Source: Acidimicrobiia bacterium (GTDB taxonomy: Bacteria > Actinomycetota > Acidimicrobiia > Spongiisociales > JAHEDJ01). Taken from it: DNA of 63,231 nt. The position numbers and the translations under genes were made by a program. This document shows positions 47,500-58,041 of the stretch, one piece after another. Each line of letters starts with the position of its first letter. Position 1 is the stretch's first letter. The stretch spans positions 1 through 63,231 of the forward strand of contig JARGFH010000017.1 of assembly GCA_029210695.1 (NCBI GenBank), given 5' to 3'. Below the pieces are notes generated by a model, which was given only the letters and a program-made list of their open reading frames with translations, did no database searches and was not told where the DNA came from.

Positions 47500-48890
47500 A
47501 GAGAACAGCCTGGCGCATCCCCGCGCTCCTGGTCGTTATGGCCTTGGTCTTCGCTGCTTGCAGCGGGACCGAAGACACAACGACCACCGAGCAGCAATCG
47601 ACCACCCAGACGACGCTGGCCGACATGGTCACCGAGACCACAATGGCCGACGACACGACCGAGACGACGATGGCGGATGCCATGCTGGGCGTGACCTGCG
47701 ATGAGCCCATCGTTGTCGGCGTAGTCACCGACCTCACCGGCCCGCTGGCAATCTACGGCGCCCACATCAACCGAGGAGTGCCAATCGGGTTCGCCTACGC
47801 CACCGGCGGCGAGGTTGGCTCCGGACTGGAACAGAGCTACATGGTCGACGACTGCGAGGTCCAGGTGATCTTCAAGGACGACCAGAGCAATCCCGAATTG
47901 ACTGCAACGGCAGGCCGGGAACTGATCGAGATCGAGGGCGCCGACATCATCATCGGCACGGTCAGCTCCGGCGCCACCGCCGGCTTGCAGAGCCTGGCAC
48001 TCGAGAACGACATCATCTTGATTGCCGCACCTGCGGCTGCCAACGACATCACCGGCAAGGACTTCAATGAGAACACCTTCCGGGCGAGTCGCAACAACTA
48101 CCAGGATGCCATGGCGATCTGTGATCAGTTCGTCAACGTCGATGGATACGAGACGTTCGTCCAGATCGCTCCCGACTACTCGTTCGGATACGGCGGCGCC
48201 GCCGGTTACAAGGATGCCTGCACCTTCGAAGGTGGCGAGTTCATCGCCGACGATGTGTTCGCTCCGGCCGATACGACCGACTTCACCTCCTTCCTGGAGC
48301 CGCTGGCCGATACCGACGCCGACGCCTTCCTGGTCACCTGGGCCGGCGGCGGCTTCGTGCCGTTGCTGCAAGGCGCCCTGGACCTCGGCGTCGTCGACGC
48401 CGACACCGTCCTCGGTTCGCCGTTCGTCGACAACGTGGTCATGCCGGCGTTCTTCGCCAACGCGATCGGCTCGACGGCCTCGATCATCTACCACTACACG
48501 GCCCCCGACAATGCCATCAACGACTACCTGATCGAGAAGGACGCCGAACTCGGCGCCATTCCCGACCTGTTCGATGCCGACGGCATGAACGCCGCGATCA
48601 TGACGGTCGAGGCCATCAGGGCGACACATGGGGCGGTAGATGCCGATTCGTTGCGCGCCGCGCTCGAAGGCATGGAGTTCGAAGGTCCCAAGGGCACCAT
48701 CAACATCAGGGCTGAGGACCATGTTGCCGTCCAGGACATGTACATCGTCAAGCTCTTGAACATCGACGACCCCGAGTTCAAGTACTACGAATACGTGGGA
48801 ACAGTTCGGCCCGAGCCGCCCTGCTTGCTCGAAGGCGACAACCTCGCACGATGCGGGGATCTGCCGGCCGGCAGTCTTACCGGTAGCTGA
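47496..48890 (+). CDS. BCAA-type ABC transporter substrate-binding lipoprotein
   Basis: Lipobox FAAC, Thr-rich linker, D.TGPL..YG, G.VSSG, DY.FG and GPKG...IR..DH motifs. Confidence 0.9.
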   Translation: MKRTAWRIPALLVVMALVFAACSGTEDTTTTEQQSTTQTTLADMVTETTMADDTTETTMADAMLGVTCDEPIVVGVVTDLTGPLAIYGAHINRGVPIGFAYATGGEVGSGLEQSYMVDDCEVQVIFKDDQSNPELTATAGRELIEIEGADIIIGTVSSGATAGLQSLALENDIILIAAPAAANDITGKDFNENTFRASRNNYQDAMAICDQFVNVDGYETFVQIAPDYSFGYGGAAGYKDACTFEGGEFIADDVFAPADTTDFTSFLEPLADTDADAFLVTWAGGGFVPLLQGALDLGVVDADTVLGSPFVDNVVMPAFFANAIGSTASIIYHYTAPDNAINDYLIEKDAELGAIPDLFDADGMNAAIMTVEAIRATHGAVDADSLRAALEGMEFEGPKGTINIRAEDHVAVQDMYIVKLLNIDDPEFKYYEYVGTVRPEPPCLLEGDNLARCGDLPAGSLTGS

Positions 48891-48899
48891 GTCACGATC

Positions 48900-48927
48900 G
48901 GGTGGGGCGGCTTCGGCCGCCCCACCC
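48900..48927 (+). other. Intercistronic 12-bp GC hairpin with UUCG loop (likely mRNA stabiliser)
   Basis: GGGTGGGGCGGC-TTCG-GCCGCCCCACCC with no U-tract, after the binding-protein gene. Confidence 0.75.
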
Positions 48928-48941
48928 TCAATGGCGTAACG

Positions 48942-49718
48942 ATGAGCGATGTCATCCTCGAAACACGGAACCTGCGCCGGGAGTTCGGCGCACTGGTGGC
49001 CGTCGACGACATGTCGATCTCGATCGAAGCGGGTTCCCTGCATTCGATCATCGGGCCGAACGGCGCAGGCAAGACCACCTTCTTCAACCTGGTGAGCGGA
49101 ACGCTTCGCCCCACCAGCGGACGTGTGTTCCTCAGAGGCGACGACATCACAGACCTGCCCTCCCACCGGACAATCCATCGGGGCATCGGCAGGTCGTTTC
49201 AGATCACGAATCTCTTTCCGAATCTCACAGTGTTCGAAAACGTCCGCCTCGCCGCCCAGGCGATGGGAAGCGACAGCCTCAGGTTCTTTCGCTCGCACAG
49301 GAAGTTCAGCAGGTACCTCGAGCGGACCAACGAGGTGCTCGAACAAGTGGGACTATCCGACAAGGCCCTGCAACCGGCAGGGACATTGCCCCACGGCGAT
49401 CAACGCAAACTCGAACTCGGCATGATCCTCGCCCCGGACCCTGAGGTCTTGATGCTCGACGAGCCAACGGCCGGGATGGCGTCCGAGCAGGTGCCCGAGC
49501 TCATGGCATTGGTTCAATCCATCCAGGCGTCCGGTCGCAAGACTGTTGTGCTCGTCGAGCACAACATGAACGTGGTGATGTCGGTCTCGGACCGCATCAC
49601 CGTCATGCATCAGGGTGCCCTGCTGGCAGAGGGTTCCCCGACTGAAATCTCGGCAGACGAACGAGTCCAGACCGCCTACCTCGGCGAGCTCTACAAAGAG
49701 CAGGGAGGCCGCCCGTGA
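48942..49718 (+). CDS. ABC ATP-binding protein (LivG-like)
   Basis: GPNGAGKTT, RSFQIT, LDEPTAG and VEH motifs. Confidence 0.93.
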   Translation: MSDVILETRNLRREFGALVAVDDMSISIEAGSLHSIIGPNGAGKTTFFNLVSGTLRPTSGRVFLRGDDITDLPSHRTIHRGIGRSFQITNLFPNLTVFENVRLAAQAMGSDSLRFFRSHRKFSRYLERTNEVLEQVGLSDKALQPAGTLPHGDQRKLELGMILAPDPEVLMLDEPTAGMASEQVPELMALVQSIQASGRKTVVLVEHNMNVVMSVSDRITVMHQGALLAEGSPTEISADERVQTAYLGELYKEQGGRP

Positions 49719-50416
49719 GCCTGCTCGAAGTTACTGAAGCCCACACATTCATTGGTCAATACCACATTCTCGAAGGCGTATCGCTGGACGTACCGGCCGG
49801 GGACATCGTTGCGCTGCTAGGGCGCAACGGAGCGGGCAAGACCACCACGCTCAAGACCATCCTCGGCCTGACGCCGGCCCGTTCAGGCTCGATCCATTTC
49901 GATGGGCAAGACATCACCAACCGGCGCAGTTTCGACGTTGCCAATCTGGGAATCGGCTACGTCCCGGAGCACCGGGCGATCTTCGCCGACCTCAGCGTTG
50001 AGCAGAACTTGCGCATCGCCGAGCGCGCCAAGGGCGAACTCGACCAACGGGAGGAGCTGATATTCGGCCTATTCCCAGACCTGAAACGTCTCATTCGCCT
50101 GCCGGGCACCAACCTCTCGGGCGGACAACAACAGATGCTCGCCGTCGCCAGGGCCCTCGTCCCGGACAATCGACTCCTGCTGATCGACGAACCGAGCGAG
50201 GGCCTCGCCCCCGTCATCATCGAGCAGATGATGCACGCCATCACCCGCCTCTCGGAGCACTCCACCGTGCTGCTCGTCGAGCAGAACTTCATCGTCGCCA
50301 GCCGCCTCGCCCAGCACTACGTGATCATCGAAGAGGGCAAGTCGGTGAAAGCCGGCTCAATGGCCGATCTGGTCGACGACGACGAAACGATCAAGCGATA
50401 CCTGGGGGCGGCGTGA
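49715..50416 (+). CDS. ABC ATP-binding protein (LivF-like)
   Basis: GRNGAGKTT, LSGGQQQM, DEPSEGLAP and VEQN motifs. Confidence 0.93.
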   Translation: MSLLEVTEAHTFIGQYHILEGVSLDVPAGDIVALLGRNGAGKTTTLKTILGLTPARSGSIHFDGQDITNRRSFDVANLGIGYVPEHRAIFADLSVEQNLRIAERAKGELDQREELIFGLFPDLKRLIRLPGTNLSGGQQQMLAVARALVPDNRLLLIDEPSEGLAPVIIEQMMHAITRLSEHSTVLLVEQNFIVASRLAQHYVIIEEGKSVKAGSMADLVDDDETIKRYLGAA

Positions 50417-50468
50417 AGAGGCTCGCTGTGTCTCCAGTAGCTAGTAGCCGGTACCCCGGCGGTGTCGC

Positions 50469-52052
50469 ATGACGGCCGACACCCGCACTTCGTCTCCGGC
50501 CCGCCGCCGCTCTGACTGGTTCAGGCAGCATCGCACGCGGGTCACCACGCTGGCGATCCTCGTCTTCCTGCTCCTCGCCGCCATGTCGGGTCTCGAGCGC
50601 GACGACTGGTTCTCGACGATCATGCAGGGGCTATCCGTCGGCGCCATCACGTTCCTGGTTGCCTCCGGGCTCTCGCTCATCTTCGGGTTGATGGACGTAC
50701 TCAACCTTGCCCACGGTGAGCTGTTCATGCTCGGTGCGTACGTGGGATGGACGGTTTACACGCGGTTCGACACGGTCGTCGACGTTCTGGTACCCCTCCT
50801 GGTCCTGGCCGCCCCCTTCACCCTTCTGCCGCTCTGGCGCCGCCTGGCCGTCACCATCGGAACGACACCGCTCCGCCGGCGCTGGGGTGGTTTGGGACTG
50901 CTGGCCTCAGGAGGGGTCATTGCCTGGCTCTCTGTGACTCGCTTTCCGCTCGTCATCTGGGATCCAGGGAACTTCGCGATGAGTCCGAGCAACTACTCGG
51001 TCCAGATCGACCTCGGAACGCTCGCTCCCCTCCCCGCCGGCTCTTTCGGATGGCCCGCCGCCGTCGTCATACCGGCAACACTGGTCGGAGGGGCACTGCT
51101 GGCGCTCGGATTCAACGTGCTCCGGAACCAGGTCAGCGTACACATGACCGTCGACCGCAAGCATTTGGCCGGGTTCGGCACACTCCTGGTGTCCTCAATC
51201 GTCCTCCTGGCGGTCAAGGGACCGCTCAACGACTGGGTGTTCGGACTGAGCACGACCTGGCGATTCTTCCTGGCGATGATCGTCTCCGTCTCCCTGGGCG
51301 CAATGGCAGGGGCCCTCATCGAGGTGGCGCTCATCCGCCCGCTATACGACCGTCCGATCTACCAGCTGATGGTGACTCTTGGAGTGGGATTCATCCTCAT
51401 CGAGTTGGTGCGCGAGGTGTGGGGTCGGCCCGAGTTCACAATGAGCCGGCCGGCCGCCTTCAACGGCACGGGACCTGGTTGTCCCGGAGAAGGCGTGGGC
51501 GGGTTCTTCAGCGGATGCTCGACTCTCGAGGCGTTCGGAAGCAGGCTCCGGGTCTATAACGAGGGGTTCGTTGTCCTCGCCGGCATCGTCGTACTGGTGG
51601 GCGTGACCCTGCTGCTTAGAAGAACTCGTATCGGCATGATCATTCGCGCCGGGGTTCAGGATCCGGAAATGGTCGAAGCGCTCGGCATCAACGTGCGCAG
51701 GGTGTTCACACTCGTGTTCGCCCTCGGTTCCGGCCTGGCCGCATTCGGAGGTGTCCTGGCCGCACCCTCGATAGGGCTCAGCACCGGCATGGGGGCAGTG
51801 TTCCTCCTCTCCGCCATCGTGGCACTGGCCATTGGTGGTCTGACCAGCTTCCCGGGGGCGGCGGCCGGCGCCGTGCTGGTCGGGTTGCTCCAGCAGATCA
51901 TCATTCGCTACGGACAGTCGGGCATCAACCTGCCGTTCCTGGATGAGCCGTTCAAGCCTTCCCCGACACTCATTCCGGCTGCGGCGATCCTGCTGATGGT
52001 CATCGTGTTGCTGGCACTCCCGGCCGGCTTGTTCGGGAGGAGCGAAAGATGA
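50469..52052 (+). CDS. ABC permease (LivH-like) with large internal insertion
   Basis: GLSLIFGLMDVLNLAHG, T.IG..IRA...D.EM..ALGI and IGGL.S motifs; 527 aa. Confidence 0.88.
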   Translation: MTADTRTSSPARRRSDWFRQHRTRVTTLAILVFLLLAAMSGLERDDWFSTIMQGLSVGAITFLVASGLSLIFGLMDVLNLAHGELFMLGAYVGWTVYTRFDTVVDVLVPLLVLAAPFTLLPLWRRLAVTIGTTPLRRRWGGLGLLASGGVIAWLSVTRFPLVIWDPGNFAMSPSNYSVQIDLGTLAPLPAGSFGWPAAVVIPATLVGGALLALGFNVLRNQVSVHMTVDRKHLAGFGTLLVSSIVLLAVKGPLNDWVFGLSTTWRFFLAMIVSVSLGAMAGALIEVALIRPLYDRPIYQLMVTLGVGFILIELVREVWGRPEFTMSRPAAFNGTGPGCPGEGVGGFFSGCSTLEAFGSRLRVYNEGFVVLAGIVVLVGVTLLLRRTRIGMIIRAGVQDPEMVEALGINVRRVFTLVFALGSGLAAFGGVLAAPSIGLSTGMGAVFLLSAIVALAIGGLTSFPGAAAGAVLVGLLQQIIIRYGQSGINLPFLDEPFKPSPTLIPAAAILLMVIVLLALPAGLFGRSER

Positions 52053-53146
52053 CCGCGTCAAAGCCGGAGGCAACGCTCGAGGCGGGAGCAGGGCTGCCAA
52101 CGACCGTGCGCGACTGGCTGGCGTACCGGCGGGGACTCCTGATCGTCACGGGGCTGATGGTGCTCTTCCCCTTCGTGATCTCACTCGTCGTGGATGGCCG
52201 GGGCATCGGCTCGGTGCTGGCCAATGACCAAGGCAACGCCCTCTTCTTGCAGGGCCTCGCCATCGAGATCTTCATCCTTTCCCTCTATGCGTTGAGCTAC
52301 GACCTCATTCTCGGAGTCACCGGTTTGCTGTCGTTCGGGCACGCCATGTTCTTCGCAGTGGGCGCCTACACATTCGGCATCATGCTGAAGACGTTCGAAA
52401 TGGGGTGGCCCGCAGCTCTCCTCGTGGTGCTGACGGCCGCCGTGCTGCAGGCATTGCTGTTCGGAGTGGTGCTTCCTCGCGTGAAGGGGATCACGTTCGC
52501 CCTGGTCACGCTGGGCATAGCCTCTATGTTCTGGATCGTGATCCAGTCCAGCGACCTCTCCGACTACGCCGGCGCCGAGATCGGCCTTCAGGGGGTGCCT
52601 GCTCCTGCTCGGTTCCTCGATAGCACCAATGAGCGATTCATCTTCTACCTGATCACGCTGGCCCTTGTGGTGCTGGTCTACCTGTTGTACACGCGGATCG
52701 CCGACTCGCCGCTCGGCAAGGTCGCCAATGCGATCCGCGACAACGAGGACCGTGCCCTGATGCTCGGATACAACACCCTCTGGTTCAAACTGGTCGTACT
52801 GGTGGTTGCCTCGATGACGGCGGCGCTGGCCGGCACGATCCACACGATCCACCAGCCGATCGTGACGCCCAACGTGGCCGGCCTCGGCTACACAGTCACT
52901 GCTTTGCTGGTCATCCTCATCGGCGGGGTCGGCACCATCAGTGGAGCCGTCGTCGGCGCCGCCGTATTCAGATTGCTCCAGTACTTCCTCGACCGTTGGT
53001 TCGGCGGTGCCTCCGACTTGTTGATCGGAATCGCCTATGTCCTGTTGGTCCTCTACCTGCCGTACGGGATCGTCGGGACGTGGAGGGTGAAGCGCTTGCA
53101 GATTACGAGCGGCCGGAAACGCCTGGCCGCGCTCTTCCGGTCCTAG
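52049..53146 (+). CDS. ABC permease (LivM-like)
   Basis: DL.LG.TGLLSFGHA, SP.G....AIRDNE.RA..LGY and IGG.GT motifs. Confidence 0.92.
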   Translation: MTASKPEATLEAGAGLPTTVRDWLAYRRGLLIVTGLMVLFPFVISLVVDGRGIGSVLANDQGNALFLQGLAIEIFILSLYALSYDLILGVTGLLSFGHAMFFAVGAYTFGIMLKTFEMGWPAALLVVLTAAVLQALLFGVVLPRVKGITFALVTLGIASMFWIVIQSSDLSDYAGAEIGLQGVPAPARFLDSTNERFIFYLITLALVVLVYLLYTRIADSPLGKVANAIRDNEDRALMLGYNTLWFKLVVLVVASMTAALAGTIHTIHQPIVTPNVAGLGYTVTALLVILIGGVGTISGAVVGAAVFRLLQYFLDRWFGGASDLLIGIAYVLLVLYLPYGIVGTWRVKRLQITSGRKRLAALFRS

Positions 53147-53154
53147 GAGGTTAG

Positions 53155-54681
53155 ATGCCTATCAACACACTTCTGACCCGGCACACCGCCTACTACCCGG
53201 ACAAATTGGCGGTCGTGTTTGATGATCACCGACTGACCTTCTCGGAGTTCAACGCCCGCGTCAACCGCCTCGCCAACGCCCTGGCTGGTCTGGGCTTGAG
53301 GAAGGGCGACAAGGTTGCCACGATTCTCGGAAATTCCCTCGAGGTCCTCGAGGTATATCAAGCCGTCGCCAAGACCGGCATGGTGGTGGTACCGCTCAGC
53401 CCGCTGCTGCGCGGCGAGGGCCTGTCGAACCTCATAAACGACTCCGACTCCGTGGCCGTTATCAGCCAGGCCGACTTGGCTCCGCACCTCGACGAAGTGC
53501 GCGAAGTCCTTACGGCCGTGCCGGACGACCGTTTCCTCTTGATCGACGCGGAACTGCCGGGATTCCGGTCGTATCAAACGCTGACCGATCTCGCCTCCGA
53601 CGCCGAACCTCCGGGGGTCACGATCGACCGGGACGACACATACAACATCATCTATAGCTCCGGCACCACCGGCCTTCCCAAGGGGATCGTCCACACGCAC
53701 CAGATTCGCGAGGCCTACTGCACGGGCTTCGCCTCGTCATACCGGATCAAACCGGAGAGCGTCGTGCTGCACTCCGGGTCGCTCGTATTCAATGGCGCCT
53801 TCCTAACTCTGATGCCGGCCTTCTACCTCGGTTGTACCTACGTGCTGCATCCGTCATTCGACGCCCGCCGGATGATCGACTCGATGGCCTCCGAGGGTGT
53901 GACCCACGTCATGCTGGTGCCTTCCCAGATAATCGACCTCCTTGCGCACGACGACTTCAATGAGGACCACCTCCCGAACCTCGAGATGATCGGATCGGTC
54001 GGTGCACCACTACTGCTCGAGCACAAACAAGAACTGGCCCGTCGCCTACCGAACCGGTTCTCCGAGCTCTACGGACTGACCGAGGGGTTCGTGACGATCC
54101 TCGATCGCGACGACTACGAGTCGAAACCCGGCTCGGTCGGGATCCCGCCCCCGCTCTACGAGATGCGGATCATCGACGATCAGGGCAACGACCTCCCCGC
54201 CGGCGAAGTCGGCGAGATCATCGGGCGCGGCCCGATCACCATGCCCGGCTACTACAAGCGGCCCGATCTCACCGCAGAGGCGATCAAGGATGGCTGGCTC
54301 TACTCGGGTGATCTCGGCTACGTGGACGAGGATGGTTTCTTGTTCCTCGTCGATCGCAAGAAGGACCTCATCATCTCCGGCGGAGTGAACGTGTATCCGC
54401 GCGATATCGAGGAGATCATCGTACAGCATCCCGACGTTACCGATGTAGCCGTATTCGGCGTTCCCCACGCGCGCTGGGGCGAGACACCCATCGCCGCCGT
54501 CGTGTTGATGGCGGGCTCGGCTGCCTCAGCCGATGACGTGCGCGACTGGGTGAACGAACGCGTTTCGGCACGCTTCCAGAAGGTGAGCGAGGTCCTGGTG
54601 CTCGATGCCTTCCCCCGCAGCGTGGCCGGGAAGACGCTGCGGCGCATCATCAAACAGGACTACGTCGAGGAGTCGCCATGA
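53155..54681 (+). CDS. Acyl-CoA synthetase (ANL family)
   Basis: [30 protein letters not shown] and GK motifs. Confidence 0.93.
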   Translation: MPINTLLTRHTAYYPDKLAVVFDDHRLTFSEFNARVNRLANALAGLGLRKGDKVATILGNSLEVLEVYQAVAKTGMVVVPLSPLLRGEGLSNLINDSDSVAVISQADLAPHLDEVREVLTAVPDDRFLLIDAELPGFRSYQTLTDLASDAEPPGVTIDRDDTYNIIYSSGTTGLPKGIVHTHQIREAYCTGFASSYRIKPESVVLHSGSLVFNGAFLTLMPAFYLGCTYVLHPSFDARRMIDSMASEGVTHVMLVPSQIIDLLAHDDFNEDHLPNLEMIGSVGAPLLLEHKQELARRLPNRFSELYGLTEGFVTILDRDDYESKPGSVGIPPPLYEMRIIDDQGNDLPAGEVGEIIGRGPITMPGYYKRPDLTAEAIKDGWLYSGDLGYVDEDGFLFLVDRKKDLIISGGVNVYPRDIEEIIVQHPDVTDVAVFGVPHARWGETPIAAVVLMAGSAASADDVRDWVNERVSARFQKVSEVLVLDAFPRSVAGKTLRRIIKQDYVEESP

Positions 54682-55526
54682 CCGACCGCTACGTCGAGAC
54701 GAACGGCATTCGACTTCACTACCTCGAATACGGTGCAGGAGATCAAACGCTGATACTCACCCACGGCCTGACGGCCAACGCCCATTCGTTCGACGGACTG
54801 ATCCAGTCGGGACTCGCAGACGGTCTGCGCGTTATCTCCATCGACCTGCGTGGCCGCGGGGAGAGCGACAAGCCGGAGACCGGATACACAATGGCCGACC
54901 ACGCGACCGACCTTCTTGGCATGTTCGATGCCATGGGCCTCGACCGCGTGACGCTGGGAGGGCATTCGTTTGGCGGTCTGCTCACCTACTACCTGGCCGC
55001 CAACCACCCGGATCGGGTCGACCGATGCATCCTGCTAGACGCCCCGGCAGAAGTCCACGAGGGCATCCTCGACCAGATCAAACCGTCGTTGGATCGGCTC
55101 GAAATGGTCCTCCCGTCCTGGGAGCACTACCTCGACCTCATCAAGTCCATGCCCTACTACGACGGATGGTGGGATCCGACGATCGAGGCCTTCTACCGGG
55201 CAGACGTTCAGGACAACGCAGACGGAACCGTGCAGGCGAGATCGCATCCCGGGCACATCCGGCAGGCGGTCGAAGGCACACTGGTGGTCGACTGGCCCCA
55301 ACTGGTTTCGACCATTCACCAGCCAACACTGTTTCTGCGGGCCACCGACCCGTTCGGTCCGCCCGGCGCTCTGCCGATCGTTCCCGAAGACCAGGGGAAG
55401 GCCACCATCGAGCGCATCCGCAACAGCCGCCTCGAGTCGATCCCCGGAAATCACATCACCTACCTATTCGGTTCGAGCGCCCCCTTGCTGGTTGCTGCCA
55501 TCCGGGAATTCTTGGAGCAGGCGTGA
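54678..55526 (+). CDS. Alpha/beta hydrolase
   Basis: HGLTAN, DLRGRG.S, GHSFGG and PGNH motifs. Confidence 0.9.
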   Translation: MTDRYVETNGIRLHYLEYGAGDQTLILTHGLTANAHSFDGLIQSGLADGLRVISIDLRGRGESDKPETGYTMADHATDLLGMFDAMGLDRVTLGGHSFGGLLTYYLAANHPDRVDRCILLDAPAEVHEGILDQIKPSLDRLEMVLPSWEHYLDLIKSMPYYDGWWDPTIEAFYRADVQDNADGTVQARSHPGHIRQAVEGTLVVDWPQLVSTIHQPTLFLRATDPFGPPGALPIVPEDQGKATIERIRNSRLESIPGNHITYLFGSSAPLLVAAIREFLEQA

Positions 55527-56521
55527 CGCCGGTCAACATCGTCGATGTAGCCGCCTGGTTGCCGGAACGGTGGATGACGGCTGCCGAAATCGGAGAACGC
55601 TCGGGAATCGACGAGCAGATCATCGTCGAGCGTTTCGGACTCGACGGCAAACATATCGCCGGCCCGGAAGATCACAACTCCGATATGAGCGCCCGGGCGG
55701 GATTGCTGGCACTGGCGAGAGCCGGCATTGCTCCGGAAGAGGTCGACGTCGTCGCCTACTTCGGGTCGATGTGGCGTGACTACGAAGTCTGGTCGGTCAG
55801 CCCGAAGATCATGCACCTGGTCGGAGCAACGAACGCTTGGGCGTTCGAAATGGCGAACGTGTCGTGTGGTGCTCCCGTTGCGTTGAAGGTGGCCGCCGAT
55901 TTCCTACGGGGCGCCGAAGATGTTGACACGATGCTGCTGGTGGGAGCCAGTCGCGAGTCTCACCTCCTGGATTACACAAACCAGCGCTCGAGGTTCATGT
56001 TCAACTTTGGCGACGGCGGTGCCGCGGCGGTGCTGTCGAAATCACGACCGGGCCATCCGATCATCTCCTCGGCGATCATCACCGACGGGCAGTTCGCCGA
56101 CGACGTCGCGGTCTATGCCGGAGGCAGCAAACACCCGGCCACCCACGCGACGATCGACGCCGGCATGCACTACCTCGACGTCGGGGACCCGGTCTCGATG
56201 AAGGAGCGCCTCGACCCGGTCTCCGGACCGAACTTCATCAAGGTCGCCGGGCAGGCACTCGAGCGAGCGGGCATCACTTCCGGAGATCTTGCGCTGATGG
56301 TGCCCTTGCACTTCAAGCGCTCGTTTCTCGACTGGGTGCTGGAGGAACTCGACATACCGGAGGACAAGACGGTGTATCTCAGAACAACCGGACACATGTC
56401 CGGCATCGATCCGATCGTCGGATTGAACGAGCGGCGGGAGCATCTGCAGCCCGGTGACTATGTTCTCTTGATCTCGGCGGGAACCGGATATACGTGGGCG
56501 GCGAACGTGGTGAGGTGGTAG
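55523..56521 (+). CDS. FabH/3-oxoacyl-ACP synthase III-like condensing enzyme
   Basis: Catalytic C (NVSC), FGDG, H (PLHF), GH, and AGTGYTWAA motifs; GTGA overlap. Confidence 0.88.
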   Translation: MTPVNIVDVAAWLPERWMTAAEIGERSGIDEQIIVERFGLDGKHIAGPEDHNSDMSARAGLLALARAGIAPEEVDVVAYFGSMWRDYEVWSVSPKIMHLVGATNAWAFEMANVSCGAPVALKVAADFLRGAEDVDTMLLVGASRESHLLDYTNQRSRFMFNFGDGGAAAVLSKSRPGHPIISSAIITDGQFADDVAVYAGGSKHPATHATIDAGMHYLDVGDPVSMKERLDPVSGPNFIKVAGQALERAGITSGDLALMVPLHFKRSFLDWVLEELDIPEDKTVYLRTTGHMSGIDPIVGLNERREHLQPGDYVLLISAGTGYTWAANVVRW

Positions 56522-56523
56522 CG

Positions 56524-58014
56524 ATGGCAGTACCGGCATACGATTGGATCGGCTTCCATGCCGGCATCCGCCCACAGGCGGTAGCGCTGATCGACGACTA
56601 CACCGGCAAGCGCCACACCTTCGCACAACTCGACGATCGAGTGAGGAGCATGGCGGCATGGTTGGCCGGGAAGGGCGTCGGCGAGGGCGACCGGGTGGCG
56701 TTCCTCTCCGGCAACACGATCGACATCTTCGAAGTGCTGTTCGCCTGTGCCCATTTGAAGGCGATCATCGTCCCGCTCAACTGGCGGCTGGCAGTGCCCG
56801 AGTTGCAGTTCATCATCGGTGACTGCCGCCCTCAGCTTCTCATCTACGAGGACCAATTCCAGGAGGCAGTCGATCAACTCGTGGTGCCAACACACCTGCG
56901 ACTGGGCGACGACTACGAGGCGGCGCTCGCCGGCGCCGACCCCGCCACCGCTCCCCCGGTGACGGCGACCCACGACGATCCGCTGGCGATCATGTACACA
57001 TCCGGGACGACCGGCCACCCCAAGGGCGCCTTGATCACCCACCGGATGTTCTTCTACAACGCCATCAACATCGGCGACGCCGTCGGCCTCACCTACAAGT
57101 CCACGAATCTCAACGTGTTGCCAACCTTCCATACAGGAGGCTTGAACCTCTACACGACACCGTGCTTACGACTGGGCGGTTCGTCGGTCAACCTCCGCGA
57201 GTTCGACCCCGAGCGGTTGCTGCACTGGCTGACGTCCGGCGAGATCACCCACTTCTTCGGCGTTCCGGCCGTGTATCAGTTCCTGGCGGAGTACGAAGGT
57301 TGGGAAACGGCCGATCTGTCCAAGGTGGAGTCCTGGGCGTGCGGTGGCTCGGCGATGCCGGTGACCTTGTTGGAGCGCTATGCGGCGCGCGGCATCCACA
57401 TCCGGCAGGGCATGGGGCTGACGGAAACCAGCCCGACGCTGTTCTTGACCGACGAAGAACATGCACTATCCAAGGCCGGATCGGTTGGCAAGCCGGTCTT
57501 GCACACCGCGATCCGCGTGGTCGACGAGGAGGGCACGGACGTTCCGACCGGAGACATCGGCGAACTCTGGGCAAAGGGGCCGAACGTGACGCCCGGCTAC
57601 TGGGAAAGGCCTGAGGCAAACCGTGAGTCGTTCACAGACGGCTGGCTGCACACCGGCGACGCGGCCAGGATCGACGAGGACGGCTACGTCTACATCGTCG
57701 ATCGGTGGAAGGACATGTACATCTCGGGCGGCGAGAATGTGTACCCAGCCGAAGTCGAGCAAACCCTGTTCCGGCACGACAACGTCCTGGACGTTGCAGT
57801 GATAGGTGTGCAGGACGAGCGCTGGGGCGAGTCCGGTTTGGCGGTGGTCGTGCCCCGCAACCCGGATGCATTCGATCCCGCAGACATCATCCACTTCTGC
57901 GACGACAAACTGGCCCGCTACAAGATCCCGAAGCGGGCAGTGGCGGTGGACGAGTTGCCCCGCAATGCAGCCGGAAAGGTCTTGAAGCGCCAACTCCGCC
58001 AAGAGCTGGGGTAG
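56524..58014 (+). CDS. Long-chain fatty-acid--CoA ligase
   Basis: YTSGTTGHPKG, GLTE, GWLHTGD, SGGENVYP and AGKVLK motifs. Confidence 0.92.
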   Translation: MAVPAYDWIGFHAGIRPQAVALIDDYTGKRHTFAQLDDRVRSMAAWLAGKGVGEGDRVAFLSGNTIDIFEVLFACAHLKAIIVPLNWRLAVPELQFIIGDCRPQLLIYEDQFQEAVDQLVVPTHLRLGDDYEAALAGADPATAPPVTATHDDPLAIMYTSGTTGHPKGALITHRMFFYNAINIGDAVGLTYKSTNLNVLPTFHTGGLNLYTTPCLRLGGSSVNLREFDPERLLHWLTSGEITHFFGVPAVYQFLAEYEGWETADLSKVESWACGGSAMPVTLLERYAARGIHIRQGMGLTETSPTLFLTDEEHALSKAGSVGKPVLHTAIRVVDEEGTDVPTGDIGELWAKGPNVTPGYWERPEANRESFTDGWLHTGDAARIDEDGYVYIVDRWKDMYISGGENVYPAEVEQTLFRHDNVLDVAVIGVQDERWGESGLAVVVPRNPDAFDPADIIHFCDDKLARYKIPKRAVAVDELPRNAAGKVLKRQLRQELG

Positions 58015-58041
58015 GAAGAGGTACTGGGTTCTAGGTACTAC

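Noticed and set aside
47385..49346. Long antisense ORFs (also 4309-5811, 41941-43095, 44489-45415)
   Set aside because: Shadow ORFs opposite well-supported genes, expected at high GC.
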